Below are positions 51,693 to 60,458 of a stretch of 64,000 nt of DNA, one piece after another. Made by a program: the position numbers and the translations under genes. Source of the stretch: Promethearchaeota archaeon (GTDB lineage: Archaea; Asgardarchaeota; Lokiarchaeia; Sigyniarchaeales; SOKP01); NCBI GenBank assembly GCA_030599585.1, contig JAUVNS010000005.1, positions 160,001-224,000 of the forward strand, read 5' to 3'. How positions within the stretch are numbered: position 1 is the stretch's first letter; every line of letters begins with the position of its first letter. The notes below the pieces were generated by a model. It was not told the origin of the DNA and did not search any database. It was given only the letters and a program-made list of their open reading frames with translations.

Positions 51693-52157
51693 TAGCTCCG
51701 ATTATCACAGAAAACTTGTTTCAATGGATCATCTTCTTTGTTCCAATGAATCGCATCTGGGATCAAAGCCCTATTGACTATAAAACTCATTTTAAACGAG
51801 GGCCTTCATGTTTTAATGTCACGTGTAGCAAGTGGAAATATTATTCGTTCAACAAGAGATCAGGCAAAACAGCTTCAAATTACCGTAGACTAACTTTAAT
51901 TAGAACTTGATTGCGCTTCTCTACTAAATAAATGCTTCAGCGTGAAAACTATTGAAAGCGTCCAAAATTAATAACAAATGATTATTGTGTATTCAGCAGT
52001 ATGAAAAAATTAACAAATAAATCCGATTGGAAATCAATGTATACGCACTAACTCTGGGTGAAAAAAATTCCAGATCTTAAGAATCAATTTGCAACAACTA
52101 CTCCGTTGTTTAAATTGCACTCACGTATCAAAAACCAATGATTTAAACTATTGTCCA
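51683..52157 (-). ncRNA. Candidate large structured ncRNA (~475 nt), family unknown
   Basis: 11-bp terminal helix, at least seven internal helices with minus-strand G-U pairs, own TATA box and T7 terminator, no credible ORF. Confidence 0.7.
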
Positions 52158-52178
52158 AATATTTAGTGGGAAATTGTA

Positions 52179-52196
52179 TATTTAAATCTTACTATT
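52179..52196 (-). promoter_or_regulatory. BRE/TATA promoter of the candidate ncRNA
   Basis: Minus-strand AATAGTAAGA-TTTAAATA; the TATA box starts 30 nt upstream of the G at 52156. Confidence 0.6.
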
Positions 52197-52290
52197 AACT
52201 TATATTCATTCTCTTAATTACAGAAATATTAATTTAATCTAATATTATCTCTCAGAAATAAGATAAAGACTAAAAAAGTTCCAATTAAAT

Positions 52291-52671
52291 ATGTCTATGA
52301 AAATAAAAATTGATCTTTTTGGAATAGGAACCATCAACGGTGAGATAATTCGGTATTTAGCGCCATTATCGGCTGATGCAATAATTAATAAGTTGCCAAT
52401 AATACTAAGAGGAAGGTTTAGTTTTGGATCAAAAGGCTTTTGGACTCTCCCAGGGCTTGAAATTTATAAGGGAACTAATACAAAATCTAATAAAAATGTA
52501 GAGAAAGGCGATATCATATATAATCCTAAATCTGATGAATTAATATTTATTTTAGACGACACAGAATTACAAACTAAAGTAAATAAAATCGGAAAGGTTA
52601 CTGAAAATCTCGAATTCTTTCTGCAAGCGAAGAATGGTTTGAATACCAAAATTTCTAAGATGAAATCATAA
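52291..52671 (+). CDS. Cyclophilin-like fold protein (DUF369/UPF0288-like)
   Basis: R.LAP.....I...LPI, VEKGDI.Y.P, VN.IG.V pattern. Confidence 0.7.
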   Translation: MSMKIKIDLFGIGTINGEIIRYLAPLSADAIINKLPIILRGRFSFGSKGFWTLPGLEIYKGTNTKSNKNVEKGDIIYNPKSDELIFILDDTELQTKVNKIGKVTENLEFFLQAKNGLNTKISKMKS

Positions 52672-52695
52672 GATCAAACTTTTCAGGAGGATAGG

Positions 52696-53520
52696 ATGGC
52701 GATTTCTAACAAATTAGTTGTAGTGTTTACTTTTTTTTATTTGGGAGTTATATTATATTTAATCTTATTTCTCACAGTTCCAGATATTCAAAACGCCATA
52801 ATACAATGGCGACATGAGCTTACAGGACTTACAGAAGGATCTAATTTTCTATTAGCACTTTTCATCTCATTTTTTATCTGTCTTATAGGAAACGCGAGCG
52901 TTGGGTTTCCAATTCCTTACCCATTTATATTGTTTTCGCTTTCAAATTCAATTTACATCAAATATTCAAATCTTGGATTAGCACTAGGTGAAATTCTTTT
53001 GAACGGACCTTTTTGGCTAGAAATACTCCTAATTGCAGTAATAGGAGGCATAGGGAGTGCAATTGGTGAACTTGTTGGATTCTTGATAGGGATGGGTGCT
53101 AAGAAAGTTGTTAAACGAACTCATTCGAAGACCCTTGAAAACGTACAGGGATTTGGTAAATTAGTGTTAGATCATCCAAAATCTATGCATTTATATATTT
53201 TCATTGCAGCAGCTCTACCTATTCCTGACGATCCACTTTGGATAGCTCTAGGGATGTCAGGAAAGAAAATAAATTTCCCCCGCTGTATATTATGGGCTTG
53301 GGCAGGTAAAAATGTAACTACGATTTTTTACGTTACATTTCCAATTTTGCTTTTACTAGGATTTACGGCAACAGGAATAGAAGTAGGGGATATTTCAAGC
53401 GTCATAACAGAATCTATCATGTTATTATTTACGCTTGCTATAATGCAATTCATTTTAAGTTTCAATTGGGAGAAATACTTAGCAAAGAGAAGCGAAAAAA
53501 GATTATCCAACTCGATTTAA
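52696..53520 (+). CDS. VTT/DedA (SNARE-associated) membrane protein
   Basis: GGIGSAIGELVGFLIG and A.LPIPDD motifs. Confidence 0.8.
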   Translation: MAISNKLVVVFTFFYLGVILYLILFLTVPDIQNAIIQWRHELTGLTEGSNFLLALFISFFICLIGNASVGFPIPYPFILFSLSNSIYIKYSNLGLALGEILLNGPFWLEILLIAVIGGIGSAIGELVGFLIGMGAKKVVKRTHSKTLENVQGFGKLVLDHPKSMHLYIFIAAALPIPDDPLWIALGMSGKKINFPRCILWAWAGKNVTTIFYVTFPILLLLGFTATGIEVGDISSVITESIMLLFTLAIMQFILSFNWEKYLAKRSEKRLSNSI

Positions 53521-53537
53521 AGAAACAAGTATAAAAT

Positions 53538-53705
53538 TTACTTTTCGTTATTCTTTAGGCAGTTTTTACAAACGAACACGACCTTTCGCTTATCTTTTGA
53601 ATTCTCGTCGTAGTAGACTCGTTTATATATATAATTATTACAGACATTGCAGAAAGCGGTTGTTCGAGCCTCTTCTAATAAGGGCCCTAGGTTTTCAAAA
53701 GTCAT
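53538..53705 (-). CDS. 55-aa zinc-finger microprotein (not in the ORF track)
   Basis: Manual translation MTFENLGPLLEEARTTAFCNVCNNYIYKRVYYDENSKDKRKVVFVCKNCLKNNEK with CxxC...CxxC; starts 10 nt after the Alba-like gene. Confidence 0.75.
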   Translation of the reverse strand: MTFENLGPLLEEARTTAFCNVCNNYIYKRVYYDENSKDKRKVVFVCKNCLKNNEK

Positions 53706-53714
53706 AAATCAATT

Positions 53715-54044
53715 CTAGAGTGATTTTGAGAGGGTTATTTCGATTTTAGAAATTAAATCCTTTTTATTTTTATTATTATAATTGTTTCTGTTGTTTTTTC
53801 GATAGTTATTCCTTTGCCTATTTTCATAGAAGGGACGGCTCCCTAACGAGACCTTTGCTATTTCTACTCCGGGATACATTCGTTTTTTTAAGATTTCAGC
53901 AACTTCAACCGCAGTTGAAATTTCTTCTCCTTCCCCTTTTATTAATAGCGATTTTGTCCCTCCTGAAAATGCAAAAATTGCATCCTTTATAGTTTTCTCC
54001 CGATCTGTTCGATTTCTTATTATTAGGGTTGTACTAATAGGCAT
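53715..54044 (-). CDS. Divergent Alba-family nucleic-acid-binding protein
   Basis: LLIKGEGEEISTAVEVAEILK..., V.LGS, ISKIEITL match the Alba core; Asn/Arg insert in the beta hairpin. Confidence 0.75.
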   Translation of the reverse strand: MPISTTLIIRNRTDREKTIKDAIFAFSGGTKSLLIKGEGEEISTAVEVAEILKKRMYPGVEIAKVSLGSRPFYENRQRNNYRKNNRNNYNNKNKKDLISKIEITLSKSL

Positions 54045-54245
54045 GAAAAAACCTCATTACCAATTATTTGCTAAGTTTGATTTAAAAGCAGTCTATATAC
54101 TAGATATACATCAAGTAATATAAAAGTTATTCAAATTATTTACTGAAAACAATACTTAAAAAGCAATTATGTGAATGACCTTTTAAATAAAACGATAAAT
54201 TAAACTTTCACTTTGCGACAATTCATGGATATATAATGTTAAAGT

Positions 54246-55445
54246 TTATAAATTGAATTCAGCACGACTCATTAAATCATCTAATACCTTGCTATATTCA
54301 GAAATCCTTTCCTCGAAATGTTCAATTATTTTTCGTTCATCTGTATCTAGATAATCAAAAAAGGGTGAAATTTTTTCTATTTTTTTGGTAAAATCATTCA
54401 TGATTTTTGTGTACCACTCGTTCGGCTTAGACAATATTTCATTTAGCTTTTTTTTGTATTTCGCCTTCTTTTTATTGAATTCATGATTATTCTTCTCAGC
54501 GTTGAGTTCAGAAAGATTTGTCTCATACTTTTTTAATTCTTTTTCAATTTTTTCTCTAAACTTTGGAATTCTGTAGATTTTTTTGTTGATATCAGGATCC
54601 CATTCATATAAATAGTAATCCTCGGTTTCAGCTTCTATTTCATCGTCGGTTATTTTAATGTCTCTTTTTAAAACCATAATAAGACCGAAATTCCTTTGAA
54701 GTTGAGCAAGATATCTTTTTCGTAAAATTTCGTCTATGTATTTAATTTCAGTTAGAACGCCCTTCATGTTTTTATTGATTTCTTTTACTACTTTATCAAC
54801 ATTTTTAACCATCTTCTCCATAGTGCCTTCAAACTTTAATTCTATTGAGTTTGAATACGTAGCGAACATACCGCGGTCAGGATTTTTCAATCTTATTCCA
54901 GCTATTCCTAAATAATATGATTTAGATTCCTTTTGGCAATGATCAAAAACAAGAGCAATAGCAAATGGGTTAACTCCTTGGTAAAAAAGTTGTGTTTCAA
55001 TATCTCTAGGTGAAAAAATAAATCCGATTCCCGGATGAGTGTGCCACCAGCCTACGAAGAAATCTTCTTTATCATCTTGAATTGCTCTCTCAAAAATCGC
55101 AGTATTAAACTGAGCTGTGTCAACATAATGCTTACTCTTATATTCAACATATGCTCTATCGCCAACCATAACGGGGATTGCATCCTTAATGACTACTTCT
55201 TTATTTTCCTTAATCGACCCAATTAATATACCGTAAACTTCACGCCAGGTTTTTTGAGGAAGGTCGTTGTTCCCGTATCTCATTGCATAACCAACAATGC
55301 GTTTATAAGCGTTGTATGACAAAAATACCGGCGTGATTGCCGGATCAATCCCGTACTTTTGAATGTAGGAATCTCTATTTGACATTTCGATGATTTCATT
55401 AGTATCGGATAATAAATTATCTTCCTTTTCTTTTTGAAGTTTCAA
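54246..55445 (-). CDS. JAMM/MPN+ metalloprotease with long helical C-terminus (Rpn11/CSN5-like)
   Basis: EVYGILIG and VGWWHTHPGIGFIFSPRD (HxH-x7-SxxD), then TQ..YQ, ALVFD. Confidence 0.85.
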   Translation of the reverse strand: MKLQKEKEDNLLSDTNEIIEMSNRDSYIQKYGIDPAITPVFLSYNAYKRIVGYAMRYGNNDLPQKTWREVYGILIGSIKENKEVVIKDAIPVMVGDRAYVEYKSKHYVDTAQFNTAIFERAIQDDKEDFFVGWWHTHPGIGFIFSPRDIETQLFYQGVNPFAIALVFDHCQKESKSYYLGIAGIRLKNPDRGMFATYSNSIELKFEGTMEKMVKNVDKVVKEINKNMKGVLTEIKYIDEILRKRYLAQLQRNFGLIMVLKRDIKITDDEIEAETEDYYLYEWDPDINKKIYRIPKFREKIEKELKKYETNLSELNAEKNNHEFNKKKAKYKKKLNEILSKPNEWYTKIMNDFTKKIEKISPFFDYLDTDERKIIEHFEERISEYSKVLDDLMSRAEFNL

Positions 55446-55642
55446 TGCTCTTAACCTAATTATTAATAGTTTTAAATCGACTAAATCTGCTTAGTGAGCT
55501 TGTAATGAATCCGTATAGTTTTCTAATCTCGTAATAGATTTAACTATTTATTGGATAAATTTAAAACTTTTAAATTTATCAATCTTTTTAACAAATTAGA
55601 AAGTTCACACATTTAATTTATTAGATCGATTAAGTTACCTTC

Positions 55643-56185
55643 ATGAAAGTTATAGGATTTTGTGGATTACCCGGTTCAGGTAAATCAACCGTCTTGAAAG
55701 CTATAGAGGATTTAGGGACCATAATAACGATGGGGGATGTTATAAGAGACGAAGCGAACCACAGAAACATCGCCCCTAGTGATGAGAATTTGGGGAAGAT
55801 AGCCTTAGAATTGCGAAAAAATTACGGGCCAGAGATTATTGCTGAGAAATGCGTGAGTTTAATTAAAAAGTTAGAAAGTAATGTGTTTTTTATAGATGGG
55901 TTGAGATCTATGGCAGAAGTTATAGTTTTTAGAAAATACTGGAAATTTCCATTAATTTCAACTATAGTAGATGAAAAAATTAGGTATGAAAGGCTTTCTA
56001 ACAGAAAAAGACCTGATGATCCAAATTCTTTAAGCGAGGTACGGGATAGAGATCAACGAGAAATTCGATTCGGCTTAAATGAAGTTATAGAAAACGCGAA
56101 TTATACAATAAATAATAATTTATTAGAAGTGGATGTTCAGCAAGAAACGCGCGCTTTGATTTTTAAAATTATAGAAAATTATTAA
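55643..56185 (+). CDS. UPF0200 family P-loop kinase (dephospho-CoA kinase-like)
   Basis: GLPGSGKS, MGDVIR, IDGLRS, R.RPDD, RD.RE motifs. Confidence 0.85.
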   Translation: MKVIGFCGLPGSGKSTVLKAIEDLGTIITMGDVIRDEANHRNIAPSDENLGKIALELRKNYGPEIIAEKCVSLIKKLESNVFFIDGLRSMAEVIVFRKYWKFPLISTIVDEKIRYERLSNRKRPDDPNSLSEVRDRDQREIRFGLNEVIENANYTINNNLLEVDVQQETRALIFKIIENY

Positions 56186-56189
56186 AAAT

Positions 56190-57092
56190 TCATTTCAAAT
56201 AATCTACAATAGCTTTCGATAATGAAACTTTACTTACTTCATTATCAATAGAATCTGTTCCGATTATATCATCTGCTCCTGCATTAAATATCCGATATCT
56301 TGCATTTTGTAATAAAAGGGCATGGGTTGCTACAGCAAATATTCTATTAGCCCCCCCCTTCTTTAAAATTTTTATGGCTTTAGCCATCGTTCCGCCCGTG
56401 GCAATTATATCGTCTGAAATGATGACATCTCTACCTTTTAAGCTTAATTTTCCCGACATTGTTATCTCTCCCGATTTAACATCTCGAACTTTTTCAAAAT
56501 AATCTACTGGTACGTTATCTCCAAAACGCTTCGCAAATGCTTTAGATCTTTCTACAGCACCTTTGTCAGGAGCGACCACTACAATGTTTTCAATGTTTAA
56601 AGATTTAATATAATCCGCTAAAATTTTCATGGAATCTATATTCACACACTTACATTGGATTTCTTCTAAGGATTTTGGAGAGTGGATATCAACAACATAG
56701 AGTTCATCAATTCGCATTGAATCTATAAGTTTTAGAACCAATTGAGCAAATTTACATTCTCCTGGTCTAAAAACACTATCTTGGCGAGCATATGCTAGAT
56801 AAGGAACAACAACAACTATTTTGGCAGCACCCATTCTCTTAACAGCTTCGATCATCATTAAAAGTTCGATTAACCGTCCATTTTGGTTTTCGCTTGAGCT
56901 CGGGCCTGTTGATTGGACAATTATAACTTCATTTCCTTCTATTAAGGAATCATCGCTTATGTTTATTCTAAGGTAGTTTTCTCCATCAGGAAAGGTTTTT
57001 GTTTCGGTGTTAAAGTAATCAATGTCTAAACCCTTAGCAATTCTTATCCCAAGTATTTGACTTGCTGGACCCACGATTAATATCTTTTTCAT
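56190..57092 (-). CDS. prs: Ribose-phosphate pyrophosphokinase
   Basis: FPDGE, PYLAYARQD, APDKG, DDIIATGGT motifs. Confidence 0.96.
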   Translation of the reverse strand: MKKILIVGPASQILGIRIAKGLDIDYFNTETKTFPDGENYLRINISDDSLIEGNEVIIVQSTGPSSSENQNGRLIELLMMIEAVKRMGAAKIVVVVPYLAYARQDSVFRPGECKFAQLVLKLIDSMRIDELYVVDIHSPKSLEEIQCKCVNIDSMKILADYIKSLNIENIVVVAPDKGAVERSKAFAKRFGDNVPVDYFEKVRDVKSGEITMSGKLSLKGRDVIISDDIIATGGTMAKAIKILKKGGANRIFAVATHALLLQNARYRIFNAGADDIIGTDSIDNEVSKVSLSKAIVDYLK

Positions 57093-57146
57093 ACAGTATC
57101 ACTTTTTTATATTAACTTTTTACATTTTAACATATTATTCCATTTC

Positions 57147-57866
57147 TTATATTTTTTGTATAAACTTAAGAGAAGCATTAAAAATATCGTCTCTATGACT
57201 TTTAAAAGAATGACCTCCCTCTTCAAATTGGATCACATTCTCCGCATTTAAACCGAGTTGTTTTTTTATCTGCGAGAGGTTAGAGAACGGAATTCTACTG
57301 TCATCTTTACAATGGGCTATCAGAATTCTTTTATTGTTTGATGGCTCGTTTTTTAGAAAATATTTAGGGCTAATTTTCTGAATAATTTCTTCTTGAAATT
57401 TTATAGTAGTCGTATGGTAATCGTATCTTGTACACAGAGCAATCAAAGCTTTTACTTTTTTGTTAAGGAAACCATGTGTTAATATAATTGCACCCCCCAT
57501 GCTCCTTCCAAATAGAATTATTTTTTCTTCCAAGAGTCTATAAGACTGATGAGTAAGCACCCAATCAATTACAATTTCGATGTCGGAAAATATTTGAACA
57601 GCCATTCTATCCCATCTAGATCCCGTTTGCTTTTTAGTTTCTCCATGAGCGCGGTAATCGTAAGATAACACGTAAAATCCAGCGGCAACGAACTTTTCTG
57701 TATAATACTTAACAAAATAACTCTCGCGATGATCTAATAATCCCGCTAGATTGATTATAAAAAGTGCTTTCTTGGGTGTGTTAGGACTAGAATAAATGGT
57801 TCCCTTAAGAAAAAAATCTTCATCTTTGATTGGAATATCTATATTTTCAATTTCTAAATTATTCAT
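57147..57866 (-). CDS. Alpha/beta hydrolase
   Basis: DYRAHG, GRSMG nucleophile elbow, DD, GGH. Confidence 0.9.
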   Translation of the reverse strand: MNNLEIENIDIPIKDEDFFLKGTIYSSPNTPKKALFIINLAGLLDHRESYFVKYYTEKFVAAGFYVLSYDYRAHGETKKQTGSRWDRMAVQIFSDIEIVIDWVLTHQSYRLLEEKIILFGRSMGGAIILTHGFLNKKVKALIALCTRYDYHTTTIKFQEEIIQKISPKYFLKNEPSNNKRILIAHCKDDSRIPFSNLSQIKKQLGLNAENVIQFEEGGHSFKSHRDDIFNASLKFIQKI

Positions 57867-57877
57867 TTTTTAACTAT

Positions 57878-58318
57878 TTAATCCCTTGTGCTTTTGTATT
57901 TCGTAATAAGATTTCTTAAAGCATTTACTGCCAGTTCTAAACTATGCTTATGATCGTCTGGTAATCCATTTAAAGCAAGGTCTATATCCTCGGGTTTTAG
58001 GTTTTCAGCAAACTCTAAAGATTTCCCCTCAATTAATATAGTTGTTTGACTTCCAGTTGCTACAGTTGCTCCACAGCCATCAGTAAAAAAATGAGCGTTT
58101 TTAATAATATCGTCTTGAATCGTTAAATAAAATTCCATCGTATCATTTTTATCTCCTTTGGATGAATGAGATATTGTGAATTTAACCGGTTTTCCCCAAT
58201 TTTTAGGGTTATGAAACAAATTTACAATGTGTTCGTTAAAATCGTGTATTTCTTTATTAATGATCTCCTCTTGAAGTTCCTCAACAAATTTGTCAAAATT
58301 TTCCTTACTCTGGGGCAT
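57878..58318 (-). CDS. IscU/NifU-N-like protein with degenerate Cys ligands
   Basis: F.NPKNWG, D.M..YL.I, DGCGAT.A.GS, LP....H; only one Cys. Confidence 0.85.
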   Translation of the reverse strand: MPQSKENFDKFVEELQEEIINKEIHDFNEHIVNLFHNPKNWGKPVKFTISHSSKGDKNDTMEFYLTIQDDIIKNAHFFTDGCGATVATGSQTTILIEGKSLEFAENLKPEDIDLALNGLPDDHKHSLELAVNALRNLITKYKSTRD

Positions 58319-58319
58319 C

Positions 58320-58607
58320 TTATTTAGAATCCCCCAAGTGTCGAAGTACGTGTTTTTCTAGTCGAATTTTTCTGTCAATTTCTTCATTAAGTTTGCCATA
58401 TTTATCTAATATGTCGATTATATCTTTATTCAACTTGTTATGCTCTTGTAGACAGCCACTCTTCTTTAAAAAATCTTCTCCGTGCCTTAACGCGGTTAAA
58501 TTTTCCGTAATTTTAACTAATTCAGTTGCGATTACGCTATTTATATAAATTAGATCTGAAAACATATTTTTCATGTATAATACTAATTTTATTTGGTCAG
58601 CAGACAT
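58320..58607 (-). CDS. Hypothetical helical protein
   Basis: 95-aa ORF abutting the IscU-like gene (1-nt gap). Confidence 0.7.
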   Translation of the reverse strand: MSADQIKLVLYMKNMFSDLIYINSVIATELVKITENLTALRHGEDFLKKSGCLQEHNKLNKDIIDILDKYGKLNEEIDRKIRLEKHVLRHLGDSK

Positions 58608-58646
58608 AATAAAATAAAAGCTTTCTAGAAATTAATTCATTATTAT

Positions 58647-60350
58647 TTAAAAAAAGATTAAAAAATAAATCATCATATAAAATAAGCTCCCGAAAATAAG
58701 ACCAAATATACCACTCATTCTTATTAGAAAAGTCTTTTTCATCTCAGGTTCCATAATTTCCTTTGGAAAATGTTTCAAATTCTTTACGAATTGCTTAATA
58801 ATATTGTTTTCCTTTAATTTTAGACTGACTTGAACTCTATAAGTTATAGATGGCGATTTAACTTCAATGAAATCTATCGGAAAGCATAAGTAAAGAATAA
58901 ATAATACGATTATAAGCACCCACAACAAAGTACTAATCACATTATCTATTCTTAATGTTACAGTATCTGCCGCTATCCATCCTTCCAATTGTTGAAGCGT
59001 GAGAAACACTAGAAGTCCACATATTCCAAAAACATCAAAAAAATCTATTTTTCTATACCATTTTTTTACGCTTATTGATTCTACATTTTTCGCAGCGATA
59101 TAGTGAAATTTTTGTAGGAATTCTCGCTTGAACTTAAATTCTTTTGATTCTTCGTTAAAATTAAACGAATCTCCATTCTTTTTGCTAAAGTCGGAAAGCA
59201 CGGCTTTTACAATCAACATTGAACCATACATTAAAGCGAACCACCATACCTGAGGACCAAATAATACCATTTGCGTGAGCATTATAAGAGCAATTGTTAT
59301 TAAAAATAATCCAAAGATGAGCTTAAATAATTGAAAATTAGTTGAATTAACACTCGAGAATACCTTCTCATCATCGTTCTTTTCTATATCTCGTAAACTT
59401 GGATTACAATCTAATAAATTGGCAAAATTTTCTTTAAAATGTGATTTGTTCTTCAATTTAATCGGTGAAAACCACATTTCATATAGTTTTTCTTTCGTAG
59501 CAATTTCGAAGTATTTTTGCTGAAATATCACTAAAATAACTAAAACTAGGATGTCAATAAAAGACAATACGATAAAAGTCCATGACAATACGAAGTCTGG
59601 CCCTGCATTTTCTACAGCAAGTAAGGGAAATGCTGTCATGAGTTGTAAGATGATAAAAGGGATAAATAGAATAATCCACGCTAATTTGGGGCCGAAATGA
59701 TTATTTTGGAATCGTACGAATTCGATATCTTTTTTCGGAATTTCGGTTAACCATGCAAACCCAGGTCTAATTTCGGAAAAGAAAAGAAAGTTCTTCGACT
59801 TGGAAAATATACCTCGAAATGGACTCAGAATAAAATAAATTAATAAGCCAAGACCAGTCATTAGCATGGGAAAACCAGTAACATAAAACCAGGAGGGTCC
59901 ACCAAGAAATATAGCGCTACCTAGCTCAACTTCGTGTCCAACATCATCTCCAAAAATAAAATACGAAATAAGTCCGTTTAATATTAAGAGTACAGAGGCT
60001 ATGAGTCTTGTAAGAGCAAACGAATTAAATTTCACATAATCTTCAACCGGTTCTCTTAAGTCTCGCATTTTTTTAAAAGTTAAAGAGTTTTCCCGAATGT
60101 AGTAGGGCGTTATATAATATTTCGAAGCAATTATACCCCCAAATATAATAATCAAGATGCTTACGATGAGTGAGAGATTAGAACCGTTAAGAGTTATCTC
60201 AAAATTAAATCCTATAAAAGTGAATATACAACCTAAAAGAATTATAAATAAGCCTGTTAAAAGAAAAATATAGCGTAATATTCGTTTTTTGGGATGTATT
60301 GATTTTAAATTCTCAATTTCTTCGTTGGTTAAATATGTCATTGAAAGCAC
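58647..60350 (-). CDS. Polytopic membrane protein with apparent internal duplication
   Basis: About 11 TM segments separated by beta-rich soluble inserts that occur twice. Confidence 0.7.
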   Translation of the reverse strand: MLSMTYLTNEEIENLKSIHPKKRILRYIFLLTGLFIILLGCIFTFIGFNFEITLNGSNLSLIVSILIIIFGGIIASKYYITPYYIRENSLTFKKMRDLREPVEDYVKFNSFALTRLIASVLLILNGLISYFIFGDDVGHEVELGSAIFLGGPSWFYVTGFPMLMTGLGLLIYFILSPFRGIFSKSKNFLFFSEIRPGFAWLTEIPKKDIEFVRFQNNHFGPKLAWIILFIPFIILQLMTAFPLLAVENAGPDFVLSWTFIVLSFIDILVLVILVIFQQKYFEIATKEKLYEMWFSPIKLKNKSHFKENFANLLDCNPSLRDIEKNDDEKVFSSVNSTNFQLFKLIFGLFLITIALIMLTQMVLFGPQVWWFALMYGSMLIVKAVLSDFSKKNGDSFNFNEESKEFKFKREFLQKFHYIAAKNVESISVKKWYRKIDFFDVFGICGLLVFLTLQQLEGWIAADTVTLRIDNVISTLLWVLIIVLFILYLCFPIDFIEVKSPSITYRVQVSLKLKENNIIKQFVKNLKHFPKEIMEPEMKKTFLIRMSGIFGLIFGSLFYMMIYFLIFF

Positions 60351-60458
60351 GCAATTTTTTTTAATTAATAATACATTTTTTGTTTTTATCTTTAATAAAA
60401 GTTCAATTTTAAAATTAGACTAAAATCTTAATTACGCAACAAAAAAATTAGACGAAAA

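Noticed and set aside
51716-51910. 64-aa plus-strand ORF
   Set aside because: TTG start with no SD and no recognisable protein pattern; it lies antisense within the structured RNA candidate
51683-52157. MITE with 11-bp terminal inverted repeats
   Set aside because: No target-site duplication and no second copy or transposase in the window; the promoter and terminator sit exactly at the ends. Not fully excluded without a genome-wide search.
51683-52157. RNase P/MRP, SRP, tmRNA or 5S identity for the RNA
   Set aside because: The 3' GAUAAUCGGAGCUA resembles CR-V, but there is no CR-I (GAAAGUC) and the segment pairs in an ordinary helix. No SRP helix 8, T-loop or 5S motifs were seen.
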